Positions 9,727-19,204 of a stretch of DNA of 64,000 nucleotides are shown here, one piece after another. The first letter of the stretch is position 1; every line of letters begins with the position of its first letter. The stretch is from a virus. Location: the IMG/VR virus record IMGVR_UViG_3300046791_000298, positions 1 through 64,000 of that record; one strand, 5' to 3'. The notes beneath the pieces were generated by a model, which searched no databases, was not told where the DNA came from, and saw only the letters and a program-made list of their open reading frames with translations. The translations under genes and the position numbers were made by a program.

Positions 9727-10668
9727 TTAGTCTAAAAAGCTAACTGGTTTTTCGCCTGCTGGTTTTTTTGCGCCAAGGTCTTCCTTGATCTTCTCCGGCT
9801 TCTTCCCTGGCACTTCTGTCTGTTCAACAACCTCCGCAGTAACAGTGAGTGGTGGTTGTTCTTCTGCCACGACTGTAGGCGCTGGAGTATCTGGCATTTC
9901 TGAGTGTGGGACATCTACGATGGTATCATCACCTTCTGCCGTATTAGCCGTTTCTCCCCCAAAGTCAACAACCCCATCCGGCAGTCGGTAATGATTTTTC
10001 TTTGCTCTGTGATACGAAACCTTCTTAGCCATTTCCAGCGGCCACTCTTCCCAAACACTATTCGGGCCAAGGTTTTTACTCTTCGATTTGGCTTTTGCAA
10101 TTTCATCGTGGCTTACAAAAGTATCGGTGATTCTTCCGTCCTTCCATTCGATGCGTGTGTAAACACCAAACACATCATCCAAACTATTTCTAGTTGATGA
10201 ATCCTTCGTCCCCTTATGTTCAAGTACCTTTCCGCTCAGTTTATCCTGAACGAAGTGGTCTCCCTTCATTACCACAACTGCCTCATTAACAAACTTGACC
10301 CCACTCATCATTCGAAGCATCTCTTTCTTACCGTGAGCACCAATCTGCACTTTAACCTTTCCTCCCATCGGAACTGGATAGAGATGTCCATCTGATGCAA
10401 ATGAAAGTCCGGTGGTCGCGGCTTTCATTACTGCCGCGAAGTGACTGAACTTTTCAACTGATTGAAGTTTAGGATTATCGTTCACAATCTCCAGGTAATT
10501 GAGCAGTTCGCTTTGGAAGCGCTGATCTCCATCTTTCTTACCTGTTACGAGTTCGTAGTTCTTTTTGAACCTGTCCTGGGCTAACAGAATGACTCCACGA
10601 ACATTAGGAGCCGCCTCAATCTCCTGGTTCAACTTAGTGAGTGCATTCACTTTCTTTTCTTCTGCCAT
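9727..10668 (-). CDS. recT: RecT-family single-strand annealing protein
   Basis: AATTGLSF, LYPVP, QIGAHG, VVMKGDHF, VWEEWPLEMAKK; acidic/Pro-rich tail. Confidence 0.8.
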   Translation of the reverse strand: MAEEKKVNALTKLNQEIEAAPNVRGVILLAQDRFKKNYELVTGKKDGDQRFQSELLNYLEIVNDNPKLQSVEKFSHFAAVMKAATTGLSFASDGHLYPVPMGGKVKVQIGAHGKKEMLRMMSGVKFVNEAVVVMKGDHFVQDKLSGKVLEHKGTKDSSTRNSLDDVFGVYTRIEWKDGRITDTFVSHDEIAKAKSKSKNLGPNSVWEEWPLEMAKKVSYHRAKKNHYRLPDGVVDFGGETANTAEGDDTIVDVPHSEMPDTPAPTVVAEEQPPLTVTAEVVEQTEVPGKKPEKIKEDLGAKKPAGEKPVSFLD

Positions 10669-10712
10669 AACTTTTTTATTTCAAATGAACAATTACTTTA
10701 AGACAATTACTG

Positions 10713-10895
10713 TCAATCCAATACATCAATTTCATCAGGGCGGCATTTAACCTCAACTCCCCCATCGAGTTCAATAAGAAATGTAACTGCAACAACGCCT
10801 TTTGGCCGACTCACATGGATTTCTTTAATTACTCCGGTGGCTCCTGTGCTCTTTAATGAGACTTTTTTACCTGTGAAATTTGGTATTCCTGACAT
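10713..10895 (-). CDS. Small SH3-like hypothetical protein
   Basis: 60 aa, GKKVSLKSTGATGVI beta pattern. Confidence 0.55.
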   Translation of the reverse strand: MSGIPNFTGKKVSLKSTGATGVIKEIHVSRPKGVVAVTFLIELDGGVEVKCRPDEIDVLD

Positions 10896-10975
10896 AGTGG
10901 TCGTAAATAAAAACTAAATTATTTTATGTTACAAGGTTTTTTTTACAATATTTGCGTACAACAAAAACAACACCT

Positions 10976-11500
10976 ATGAAACACGCATCGATACCACAGT
11001 CATTAACTCCCGAAAATTTAGCTTCCTGGATTCTGGATAACAAAGACAGCACCTTCCAGCACATCGAAAAAACGGAACTCAATGAAGAGACAATCCGTGA
11101 TTACGAGCACAAATCATCACTTGCCTCCAGGGCTATTGACCGACTTAATGAGGTAAAGGACAATTTTATGGAGATTCTTAACAATGGCACTCCAGATCAG
11201 GAGAAGCCCGTTGATGTTACTATCCCGATGACTAAAGGGTTGAAGGTCCTGAAAGCCAACCGAGAGTTTGCCGACAAGCAACTTGAGCAGGGATTCTCTG
11301 AGGAGTTTATCGATATTTATATGATTGCTGATCCTGAGAATGGCAGAATGGTGGCCATGGATATTGAGGGAAATGAATGGGCAGACTTCTCAACAGACAT
11401 GAACGAAGAGCAGACTAAAAAGTACGGTAAACTCTTCGCAAAAGGAAAAAAAGAAAAGAAAAAGGTTGCTGGCCAGGTAGCCCCGGAACTTGATATCTAA
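10976..11500 (+). CDS. Hypothetical protein
   Basis: ATG start MKHAS after an A-rich leader (track starts at 10952). Confidence 0.65.
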   Translation: MKHASIPQSLTPENLASWILDNKDSTFQHIEKTELNEETIRDYEHKSSLASRAIDRLNEVKDNFMEILNNGTPDQEKPVDVTIPMTKGLKVLKANREFADKQLEQGFSEEFIDIYMIADPENGRMVAMDIEGNEWADFSTDMNEEQTKKYGKLFAKGKKEKKKVAGQVAPELDI

Positions 11501-11733
11501 TTTATCCGGTCGATCGTAACTTTAAATCCCAGCGTCTTGAAAGACTTCTTTAATTCTATAATGAGAGCATTAGCGAGAACGGTTTTCTCGTTGATTGTAA
11601 GAGAGTCGTATAATTTCAACACGAGATTTTCGTAAAGGCGCTGGTACTTGATCCCAGTCAGTTCAGAGAGATACTTGATACTGATGATTGAGAACTCGCC
11701 TTTGTTTGTTTTTGATTTTATCTTTTCCGCCAT
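11497..11733 (-). CDS. Putative HTH DNA-binding protein
   Basis: ISIKYLSELTGIKYQRLY HTH-like; TAGTTTTG 4 nt before ATG. Confidence 0.55.
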   Translation of the reverse strand: MAEKIKSKTNKGEFSIISIKYLSELTGIKYQRLYENLVLKLYDSLTINEKTVLANALIIELKKSFKTLGFKVTIDRIN

Positions 11734-11737
11734 GAGG

Positions 11738-11745
11738 CAAAACTA
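11738..11745 (-). promoter_or_regulatory. Bacteroidota -7 element, probable leaderless transcript
   Basis: Minus strand TAGTTTTG-cctc-ATG. Confidence 0.55.
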
Positions 11746-11779
11746 TACTAAAATATTTTACTATACAAAGTAGGTCTTT

Positions 11780-12445
11780 ATGGAAAACATACAATTAACC
11801 GCGCTTATTCCTCATGATATGGAGCCAGCGCAGAAACAACTAATTGGCTGGTGCGAAAATAAGATTGCCAGCCTGAAAGCAGATGTTAAGGAGATGGAGG
11901 ATGCAATGTACCAAGCATCAACCATGAGATGGGCATTACAGCCCTTAAAAAATCAATTCAAAAAACTTTCAAAGAGAGTTCTGTTTTTTGAGAAGATGAA
12001 GATGGCTCTGGATAACGGTTATACAATTGTTCCTAATTTCCCCGTCCAGATTTTTGCTATCCGAACAACGCGAGAAAATCCGTTGTCTAAAACTAATAAC
12101 TCAAGATGGGATAATAAGGTTCAGGACGCTATGGAACTTCCGGTGGGAAAAGGAGAGTATCAAAATCCATTCCCAATTGTTGAGGTTGAGTCTTATAAAA
12201 GCGGAGATAGGACCGATTATATTTCTAATGCTACAGACTGGGCAGAGATGGAATTCCCATTGACCATGGCAAAGCCGGAAATTATCGAGGCCACTAATCG
12301 CGCAATGCTTCTTGAGTGCTTTGATCAATTTGGGATTATGCCAGCAACACGCAATGATGACCCAATTATTATTGGTCAGCTTGTAAATGGAAAAAAAACG
12401 CTTTCATTTATGATTGCTTGGCACTTCGATACAAAAGTTCTTTAA
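11780..12445 (+). CDS. Hypothetical protein
   Basis: 221 aa, first gene of the rightward replication operon. Confidence 0.7.
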   Translation: MENIQLTALIPHDMEPAQKQLIGWCENKIASLKADVKEMEDAMYQASTMRWALQPLKNQFKKLSKRVLFFEKMKMALDNGYTIVPNFPVQIFAIRTTRENPLSKTNNSRWDNKVQDAMELPVGKGEYQNPFPIVEVESYKSGDRTDYISNATDWAEMEFPLTMAKPEIIEATNRAMLLECFDQFGIMPATRNDDPIIIGQLVNGKKTLSFMIAWHFDTKVL

Positions 12446-12447
12446 TC

Positions 12448-12555
12448 ATGAAAGAGCCAGAGAATAACTATCAAGCAAGCGGATGGATATGGGTTGCCCT
12501 CATCTTCGCTATCATTATTATTTTTCTATCAATATTTTTAGACTCCCTCAAATGA
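12448..12555 (+). CDS. Small single-pass membrane protein (35 aa)
   Basis: Hand translation MKEPENNYQASGWIWVALIFAIIIIFLSIFLDSLK; ATGA overlap with next gene. Confidence 0.55.
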   Translation: MKEPENNYQASGWIWVALIFAIIIIFLSIFLDSLK

Positions 12556-13130
12556 AATTAGAAATAGCTAGGCGCTTAGTCACTGAGATCACCAGAAAAG
12601 TCCACCCCAATTGCGATCGTTTTGAAATCGCGGGCTCCATACGAAGGTGTAAGCCTGACGTTAAGGATATTGAGGTCGTGTGCATTCCGAAAACATTCAC
12701 ATCGTCTCAGGCTCTCCTGGGCGGTAAAGATGTAACAGTTAGATCAGATGGATTTATTAGAACTGTTAACCAGTTCGTTAAGATCAAGGGCGATGCTCGT
12801 GAGGGGAAATACATGCAGCGTCAGTACGAACTCGACAGAGAAGACTTCCCTGGCATCACGGACATTCGTAAAATCAATATCGATATCTTCGTTGCCACCA
12901 TCAGTAATTGGGGTATTCAATTCTTAACCAGAACCGGTGATAGTGATTTCTCCCGGTTATTCTTAGGGACAATTTTACCCAAGCACGGATATAAGGCTCA
13001 TGACGGGTACGTGTGGCTTGGTAATGATGTCATTAATCTTCCCGAAGAGCGTGATGCTTTTGCGCTCGTGAAAATTCCATTCATTGAGCCACAATTCAGA
13101 AATGCTACTGCACTAAATCAATATTTATGA
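12552..13130 (+). CDS. Minimal family X DNA polymerase/nucleotidyltransferase
   Basis: IAGSIRR..DVKDIEVV, IDIF, RTGDSDF, EERDAFALVKIPFIEPQFR; no lyase or PHP domain. Confidence 0.8.
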   Translation: MKLEIARRLVTEITRKVHPNCDRFEIAGSIRRCKPDVKDIEVVCIPKTFTSSQALLGGKDVTVRSDGFIRTVNQFVKIKGDAREGKYMQRQYELDREDFPGITDIRKINIDIFVATISNWGIQFLTRTGDSDFSRLFLGTILPKHGYKAHDGYVWLGNDVINLPEERDAFALVKIPFIEPQFRNATALNQYL

Positions 13131-13393
13131 AAAGAGAAAATTTAGAACTTGCTCAAAAAATTATTAAGGAGATTGAGCAATACGAACGAATTGCGCATAA
13201 GATTAAAGACCTCGTTGCCTCTCCGGGTATTATGGAGATTACTATCAGTAAATATATTGAGAATACATGCTCAAGTAGAGTAGAATTACCTGGACAATTT
13301 TGGAAAGACGATATCCTAAAATTTTTAGAGGGGGCTAAAATAAAAGCTGATGCCATGGTCGCCTCTTTAGAGAAAAAACTCGATGAACTATGA
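13127..13393 (+). CDS. Hypothetical protein
   Basis: 88 aa, ATGA coupled. Confidence 0.6.
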   Translation: MKRENLELAQKIIKEIEQYERIAHKIKDLVASPGIMEITISKYIENTCSSRVELPGQFWKDDILKFLEGAKIKADAMVASLEKKLDEL

Positions 13394-13563
13394 ACATGCG
13401 CATCAATGGCATCAAGGCCACCAACATCAAAACAAAAGTGCGTGAGTTCGTAGCCCGTAACCTGACACTCAGCGAGGCAGAGACATGGCTGGTGATGAAT
13501 AAATCATCATTCGTTAAAACACATAACAAATTTCGTATCGCTACCACTCATGCCAATGACTGA
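13390..13563 (+). CDS. Hypothetical protein (57 aa)
   Basis: Hand translation MNMRINGIKATNIKTK...; fills the operon gap with an ATGA overlap. Confidence 0.5.
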   Translation: MNMRINGIKATNIKTKVREFVARNLTLSEAETWLVMNKSSFVKTHNKFRIATTHAND

Positions 13564-13756
13564 CACTGAACTTATAAGATATCTGAATGATCGTAAAAAA
13601 ACGTTGGATGGGTTTATCGAGCAGCACCGAAAACGAATATCAAATTGCGCGCCTGACGATTCAGAAACTATGCGTATTGAAATGGAATCAATCGGGAAAC
13701 TCCAGGCCAGAAAACAAGAATGCCAGGTATTACTTGATGTTATTAAATATGGATGA
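13550..13756 (+). CDS. Hypothetical protein
   Basis: 68 aa within the operon. Confidence 0.55.
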   Translation: MPMTDTELIRYLNDRKKTLDGFIEQHRKRISNCAPDDSETMRIEMESIGKLQARKQECQVLLDVIKYG

Positions 13757-13853
13757 TATCATACCAACAGTCCTTGGTATCATCGCTGGCGCTGCCGCTG
13801 GGCTTTCTCTCATTGCGCTTATTTTGAGACTCGGAAAATATTTTAAAAAATGA
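13749..13853 (+). CDS. Small membrane protein
   Basis: MDDIIPTVLGIIAGAAAGLSLIALILRLGKYFKK; ATGA overlap with the MTase. Confidence 0.5.
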   Translation: MDDIIPTVLGIIAGAAAGLSLIALILRLGKYFKK

Positions 13854-14584
13854 ATCACGGTTCAATATTTTCCGGAATTGGCGGAGATGATCTTGCCGCG
13901 GAGTGGATGGGGTGGAAAAATATTTTTCATTGTGAGATAATTGAGAGTAAAAGAAAATGGTTACAAAATCGTTGGCCTAATTCAATAAGTTATGAAGACA
14001 TCAGAAAGACAGACTTCTTTGTTCACAGGGGGGGGCTTGACATCCTCACAGGAGGAGACCCGTGTCAGGTTAGTAGTAAAATTGGGAAGAGAGAAGGTAA
14101 GAAAGGAGATTTATACTTATGGCCACAGTTTTTCAGGATCGTTGGCGAAGCTCAACCCATTTGGGTGGTTAATGAAAATGTGGACGGAACAATTTCTAAT
14201 GGAATTCTCGACCAAAAGATTAATGACTTGGAAAGTATCGGCTACACCTGCTGGCCGCCCCTTGTTGTCCCTGCAAGTTTTGTTGGCGCCTCACACAGAA
14301 GAGATAGAGTTTGGCTGGTTGCCTACTCCGCTGAAAGACGACTGGAAAGGGGGAAGTGCATCTCCGAGGAAAGACAACGGGAAATTAAGATTAGACCAAT
14401 TACGGCATTGGTGGAAAATAAAAACGGGACGATCATGCCCAAACCCGAGTTTCTACAGAATAATGATGGGCTATCCGACTGGGTGGATGAGATTAAGGGA
14501 TACGGAAATGCAATAGTTCCACAGGTTGCTTTAAAAATTTACCAAGCAATTGAAGTATTTGATAAAGTCAATATTGCATGCTAA
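13850..14584 (+). CDS. DNA (cytosine-5) methyltransferase, alpha polypeptide lacking motif IX
   Basis: FSGIGG (I), GGDPCQ (IV), ENV (VI), HRRDRVW (VIII), GNAIVPQ (X). Confidence 0.88.
   Translation: MNHGSIFSGIGGDDLAAEWMGWKNIFHCEIIESKRKWLQNRWPNSISYEDIRKTDFFVHRGGLDILTGGDPCQVSSKIGKREGKKGDLYLWPQFFRIVGEAQPIWVVNENVDGTISNGILDQKINDLESIGYTCWPPLVVPASFVGASHRRDRVWLVAYSAERRLERGKCISEERQREIKIRPITALVENKNGTIMPKPEFLQNNDGLSDWVDEIKGYGNAIVPQVALKIYQAIEVFDKVNIAC
13992..14516 (+). CDS. Putative C5 methyltransferase beta polypeptide nested in the +1 frame
   Basis: 174-aa stop-free nested ORF ending LPTP..DDWKG...PNPSFYRIMMGYPTGW (motif IX-like). Confidence 0.7.
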   Translation: MKTSERQTSLFTGGGLTSSQEETRVRLVVKLGREKVRKEIYTYGHSFSGSLAKLNPFGWLMKMWTEQFLMEFSTKRLMTWKVSATPAGRPLLSLQVLLAPHTEEIEFGWLPTPLKDDWKGGSASPRKDNGKLRLDQLRHWWKIKTGRSCPNPSFYRIMMGYPTGWMRLRDTEMQ

Positions 14585-14605
14585 AATATTTTTTGTTACG
14601 TTCGA
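14574..14605 (+). promoter_or_regulatory. Variant Bacteroidota promoter for the primase-helicase
   Basis: ATTG, 20-nt spacer, TACGTTCG (coordinates approximate). Confidence 0.4.
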
Positions 14606-14635
14606 CTCCCCACTTTATTTTTTTCGCCTGAAAAT

Positions 14636-16603
14636 ATGGATATCGTCTCAGCCCTCCAGGAACTAGGTATTGATACCAAACAATATGCTTCAGGCACCCA
14701 CTACGTTCAATGCCCACAAAATGAATGCAGAGACCGTAAAAAGAAGAATGCTAAGTCCCTTCTGATCCGCCTGGATGACGGCTATTATGAGTGCATGCAT
14801 TGTCACTGGAAAGGATTTGCGAAAGGTGGCGGCAATAGTCAGGCACCGCAACGCATAGCCCCTCCGCCAAAGAAAGCACAGAAATTCCTTGATGAACCGG
14901 TGTTCAACTGGATATTCCCTGATACCACGATCGAGCCTAAGCCAGCGGATCCTACTCGGCTACAAGGAAAGTACACAATCACATTCTATTATCGGAATGC
15001 AAAAGGACGGCTCACCTCAGCAAAGCGCATGCTTTACAATTTCGAGGGCCGCGAGATGCGAAGGGATAAAGAATTTAATCCCATGTTCACAACGACACGC
15101 GATGAAGGATACTATCCGTGTCTTTTTTATGAGAAGCATCTAACTGAATTTCCGAATGCCACTGTCGTCCTTGTCGAGTCTGAGAAGACCGCATGCATGC
15201 TCACGCATAAATTCAAAAATCATCTCAATGAATTTATCTACCTAGCCACCGGTGGGGCTAATGGTCTCAACGATGAGAAGGTTCCGGTTTTAAAGAACCG
15301 CGATATCTGGATTGCTTATGATTGCGATAATGGAGATGTGCAGCCTGACGGCTCGGTAAAAAATCCTCGCGGCCGGGAAGGAGCTCAAGGGGCACAATCA
15401 AAACTTGAGAAGATGTCCAACTCAAGGGTGATAGATATCGACCCGAGCAAAACAGACGGCACTGATTTAGCCGACATGCTCCGCGAGATCGACATAGAGT
15501 TTATCCGTAATCTCCCAGAGCGCGTACCCCAGGCGGTCCGTGACATGTGGGCTGACGTCATCATGGATACCGAGCCTCCAGCTGAGGTGCCAATTATCCA
15601 AAGAGATGGTATCACTTACGCAACACTCGGTAACAATAGCCTTGTAACTGGTAAAAAGAAATCCAGAAAAACTCTCTTCCTCATCATGATGGTCCAGTGG
15701 TTTTTAGAAAATAATTCTGAGAACTCCATCCTTCTCTTCGACACTGAGCAGGGGAAATCGCATGTGTGGAAGATCAGAAAAAAAATTCATCAGATTACAG
15801 GTAAGTGGGTCCCTGTTTTCTTCCTGCGCGGTCAGTCATACCAGGAGCGCCAGGCAATCATCCAAAAGACTGTTCAGTACTGGCCCAATAAATTAAAGTG
15901 GATAGTGATAGATGGTATCCGTGACTTACTCTCCAACATTAATGACCCGGATCAGTGTACTGACCTAGTAACCTGGGTAGAAAAAATAAATGTTCGCTAT
16001 AACATTCACATCACAAACGTCCTTCACTTAAATAAAACAGACAACAACGCACGCGGTCATATCGGCACCGAACTCTCTAATAAGGCAGAGATGAATTTTG
16101 AACTTGAGAAGGATGAGAAGACAGATGTCACAATCGTAAAGTGCGAGAGTTCGCGCGACAAACCCTTCGAGACTTTCGCCTTCACGCACGGCCAAGATGA
16201 TCTGCCTGAGCTTGTACACGTTCCGATCAAAGGAGTTGTATTGCCTGACGCTGAACGAAAGAAGCGCCTTAAAGAAATTTTTGAAAATGATATTATCTCA
16301 TACGGTCAATTCCTAGAAGGGGTCCGCGAGCAATTCGACTGCGGAGAGAAGAAAGCGAAGTCTCTCATTGCTGAGTTTAAGCGTATCAACTGGGTCATCA
16401 AAGGCGGTGGCGATGGTGCAAAAGGAGCGAACTACAAACTAACGCTCAGTGATAACGGTCATGAACCAAAGGCGGTAATGGAGGTGGTAAAAAAAGAACC
16501 TATACAGCCGGACCTGTTCATTGAGTCAAGAAATAAATTGCATGAGAAAGAAGAGCCCGCTCCACCGCCAGCTCTGGCCGACAATCCTGATCTCCCTTTT
16601 TAA
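14636..16603 (+). CDS. Primase-helicase (Zn finger, TOPRIM, RepA/AAA_25-type helicase)
   Basis: CPQNEC...CMHC, VLVESEK, YDCD, DLAD, GKKKSRKT, FDTEQ, IVIDG, VLHLNK, RGHIGTEL. Confidence 0.85.
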   Translation: MDIVSALQELGIDTKQYASGTHYVQCPQNECRDRKKKNAKSLLIRLDDGYYECMHCHWKGFAKGGGNSQAPQRIAPPPKKAQKFLDEPVFNWIFPDTTIEPKPADPTRLQGKYTITFYYRNAKGRLTSAKRMLYNFEGREMRRDKEFNPMFTTTRDEGYYPCLFYEKHLTEFPNATVVLVESEKTACMLTHKFKNHLNEFIYLATGGANGLNDEKVPVLKNRDIWIAYDCDNGDVQPDGSVKNPRGREGAQGAQSKLEKMSNSRVIDIDPSKTDGTDLADMLREIDIEFIRNLPERVPQAVRDMWADVIMDTEPPAEVPIIQRDGITYATLGNNSLVTGKKKSRKTLFLIMMVQWFLENNSENSILLFDTEQGKSHVWKIRKKIHQITGKWVPVFFLRGQSYQERQAIIQKTVQYWPNKLKWIVIDGIRDLLSNINDPDQCTDLVTWVEKINVRYNIHITNVLHLNKTDNNARGHIGTELSNKAEMNFELEKDEKTDVTIVKCESSRDKPFETFAFTHGQDDLPELVHVPIKGVVLPDAERKKRLKEIFENDIISYGQFLEGVREQFDCGEKKAKSLIAEFKRINWVIKGGGDGAKGANYKLTLSDNGHEPKAVMEVVKKEPIQPDLFIESRNKLHEKEEPAPPPALADNPDLPF

Positions 16604-16607
16604 ATTT

Positions 16608-17897
16608 ATGGCATACAATGTACTTTGTGGCGATGCGTTCATCAAACTGAAAGAGTTTCAGGACAATTATTTTGATTCGTGTATCCTAGATGGACCTTAT
16701 GGACTTCGGTTTATGGGAAAAACATGGGACACTTTCGATATAAAATCCAAAGGTGAGCAGCGCGATTCTTATGCTGTAGGAGAAAAGAGATTAGCAAAAG
16801 GACGAACTACTACTGGGTTTGGTAACTCTATTGAGGCTGGTAAGTATGATCAATCAAGAGAAGCTAATTTAAATTTTCAACGGTGGTTTGAGCAACTTGC
16901 TCGTGAGATCATCCGAGTACTCAAACCAGGTGCCTATTTCCTGAGCTTCGGAGGAACTCGTACCTATCATCGGATGATCTGCGGTATCGAGGATGCTGGT
17001 TTTGAAATTCGCGACTGCATCATGTGGACATTTGGCTCTGGATTCCCGAAATCTTACAACCTTACTGACGATTTGGGAACAGCGCTTAAGCCAGCATGGG
17101 AGCCAATCTGTATGGCGCGTAAGCCGTTGGATGGAACAATTGAGCAGAACTTCAAAAAATATGGAACAGGAGTTTTAAACATCGGAGCCACTCGTATTCC
17201 TGGTGAACCATGGACATTTGGAACACAAACTGATATAAAAGGTGGTAATTACGGTACGAACAGACCTTCAAACGGTAATATTTTAGCAAAAAACGTAACA
17301 GGAGGAGAGGATGGCCGTTGGCCAGCCAACCTTATCCATGACGGATCCGATGAGGTCATACAAGAATTCCCTGATGCGCCTGGGCAGATGGCAGATGTGA
17401 GAGGGACTGAGCCCTCAATGGCTAACAGTGGAACAACTTCAATGGGGAAAATGAATCGTGTTGGTTCACGACCAAAACGTGCTGATTCTAACAAATCAGG
17501 AGCCCGATTTTTCTACTGTGCCAAAACTTCGCATAGTGATCGCAACGAAGGACTAGAGTCCTGGCAAAAGAAGACGCTCAACTGGTCATCTGGCACCCAA
17601 AATCCAGGTTCATTTCAATCGCCAAATACCGATCGGACACACCAAAACAATCATCCGACCGTAAAGCCAACTAAACTCATGCGATATCTCGCGGTTCTTA
17701 TAACTCCTCCAGCTGGGAAAATTATTGATCCGTGTTGCGGCTCGGGCTCAACCGGAAAAGGAGGAATTATTGAAGGCTTCGATGTAACTTTAATCGATCA
17801 AGAACAGCAATGGGTGGATGTTGCGATTGCTCGGTGTGCACATGCTACAAAAGTTCGTCTCAAACTTGAGAGGACAGGTAAGCAATTGAGTTTATAA
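16608..17897 (+). CDS. DNA amino (N6-A/N4-C) methyltransferase, beta class
   Basis: DGPYG (motif IV variant), RVLKPGAY, GSGFPKS, GRWPANL, HPTVKP, DPCCGSGST. Confidence 0.88.
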   Translation: MAYNVLCGDAFIKLKEFQDNYFDSCILDGPYGLRFMGKTWDTFDIKSKGEQRDSYAVGEKRLAKGRTTTGFGNSIEAGKYDQSREANLNFQRWFEQLAREIIRVLKPGAYFLSFGGTRTYHRMICGIEDAGFEIRDCIMWTFGSGFPKSYNLTDDLGTALKPAWEPICMARKPLDGTIEQNFKKYGTGVLNIGATRIPGEPWTFGTQTDIKGGNYGTNRPSNGNILAKNVTGGEDGRWPANLIHDGSDEVIQEFPDAPGQMADVRGTEPSMANSGTTSMGKMNRVGSRPKRADSNKSGARFFYCAKTSHSDRNEGLESWQKKTLNWSSGTQNPGSFQSPNTDRTHQNNHPTVKPTKLMRYLAVLITPPAGKIIDPCCGSGSTGKGGIIEGFDVTLIDQEQQWVDVAIARCAHATKVRLKLERTGKQLSL

Positions 17898-17898
17898 T

Positions 17899-17914
17899 TG
17901 TTCCACGTGAAATA
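17899..17914. promoter_or_regulatory. parS-like site
   Basis: TGTTCCACGTGAAATA, one mismatch to TGTTNCACGTGAAACA; partial copy TGTTCCACG at 17918-17926; intergenic between convergent genes. Confidence 0.7.
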
Positions 17915-17928
17915 AAATGTTCCACGAA

Positions 17929-18123
17929 TTAGTTCTTCAAAAATCGTTCTTCTAGTCGCCTTAAATCACCCATTGTTGCTGGTCGCCTATCCATCTCGGC
18001 TTGATATTTTTTACGCTGATCTTCATCTTCAATTTTACGGATAGCTTCCAAAAGTTCCTTCCTAGATACCTTCTTCGGATTTGGATTGATGTAGTCTGGT
18101 CTCATACAAGAGTATGTTACCAA
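17929..18123 (-). CDS. Hypothetical protein
   Basis: Short charged ORF; start uncertain. Confidence 0.45.
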   Translation of the reverse strand: MVTYSCMRPDYINPNPKKVSRKELLEAIRKIEDEDQRKKYQAEMDRRPATMGDLRRLEERFLKN

Positions 18124-18145
18124 CTCGGGGGAAATCGCGGGTAGA

Positions 18146-18304
18146 TCACTTCTTTTTTTTCTTCCGAATTGGAATCTTTCTCACGTTCTTCTCTGGAATT
18201 TTTATGAGTGGTGTTTTAAACATCCGGCTTAAACCACATGTGCATGCTTCATCTCCGCAGTAAATAAGGCACATTTTCCCGGGTTCATACAATTCGATTA
18301 CCAT
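18146..18304 (-). CDS. Small Cys-rich basic protein (52 aa)
   Basis: Hand translation MVIELYEPGKMCLIYCGDEACTCGLSRMF...RKKKKK. Confidence 0.4.
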   Translation of the reverse strand: MVIELYEPGKMCLIYCGDEACTCGLSRMFKTPLIKIPEKNVRKIPIRKKKKK

Positions 18305-18348
18305 AGGCTTTTACTACCTATACCAAGAAGTGTGACAAAAATCAGTTT

Positions 18349-18687
18349 CTATGCCTCAGCGCCAGGAATACCAGAAGGAGCATCTCGAATTTCTTCGTCT
18401 CGATTTTCGGCTTCTCCTTGGTCTTCATGAGGGAAATTACTCGCAATTAACCGGCTAACCAAACTCCCCTGACACTGATGCATGTGGATGGCCCGCTCGA
18501 TGATCGGAGGTATTCGCACGTTCCACATTCTCTCACCCTCACTCACATCAAAGGGGAATTTCACTAATTTTTTCTTGCATCTCGCGCACGAGAGCGTGCA
18601 CTTCTCCCATTCCTCACCCGGATAATCAAACGGGCTTTTCGGTTGGATCCTACTACTCTCCGACTCCTGGACCGTCCTGTTGCGCAC
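18349..18687 (-). CDS. Hypothetical protein, possible Zn-binding
   Basis: CARC...HMHQC. Confidence 0.55.
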   Translation of the reverse strand: MRNRTVQESESSRIQPKSPFDYPGEEWEKCTLSCARCKKKLVKFPFDVSEGERMWNVRIPPIIERAIHMHQCQGSLVSRLIASNFPHEDQGEAENRDEEIRDAPSGIPGAEA

Positions 18688-18688
18688 C

Positions 18689-19204
18689 TTACATAATATA
18701 AAACTTCACCGGATCATGCACGGAAAAGTACTCCCGTTCGTCAACTCCGCCCCGTCCTGGGTTCACCCGAAACAGCTCATTCTTCTCATTTCTCCAATAG
18801 AACATCAGCCAGGGAGATGGTCCTCCACCGATATCCCAGCCGCATTTCGAGTTATGACAGTGATAAATCCGAGGGGTTATAATCAGCCCACTGTGATGCG
18901 GCCGCGCGAAATTCAGCGTCCCGCACCCGTCACAGATCCACTTTAGATTCTCGATCGGCTGTTGTTTATTGAATTCCCGATACTCGTTCCGCTCCTCGAT
19001 CTGCTCCCTGGAATAGTTATCAGCTACTCTTATTGGTGGATTTGATTGTATTGCTGCCATCATAAGTGCCTGTTGTATTGTAAAATTCCCATGATTATCA
19101 GGGTTATGCTTTCCAATCTGCCGCTTCTGCGGGTCAGACAGCCAGGGGTTCGCCTCAGCCATTTTGCTCAAATAGTTTCTCCCATGTTGCCAAGAACACA
19201 TCAA
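18689..19204 (-). CDS. Zn-ribbon hypothetical protein; likely start about 19162
   Basis: WICDGCG...CHNSKC. Confidence 0.6.
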   Translation of the reverse strand: MMCSWQHGRNYLSKMAEANPWLSDPQKRQIGKHNPDNHGNFTIQQALMMAAIQSNPPIRVADNYSREQIEERNEYREFNKQQPIENLKWICDGCGTLNFARPHHSGLIITPRIYHCHNSKCGWDIGGGPSPWLMFYWRNEKNELFRVNPGRGGVDEREYFSVHDPVKFYIM

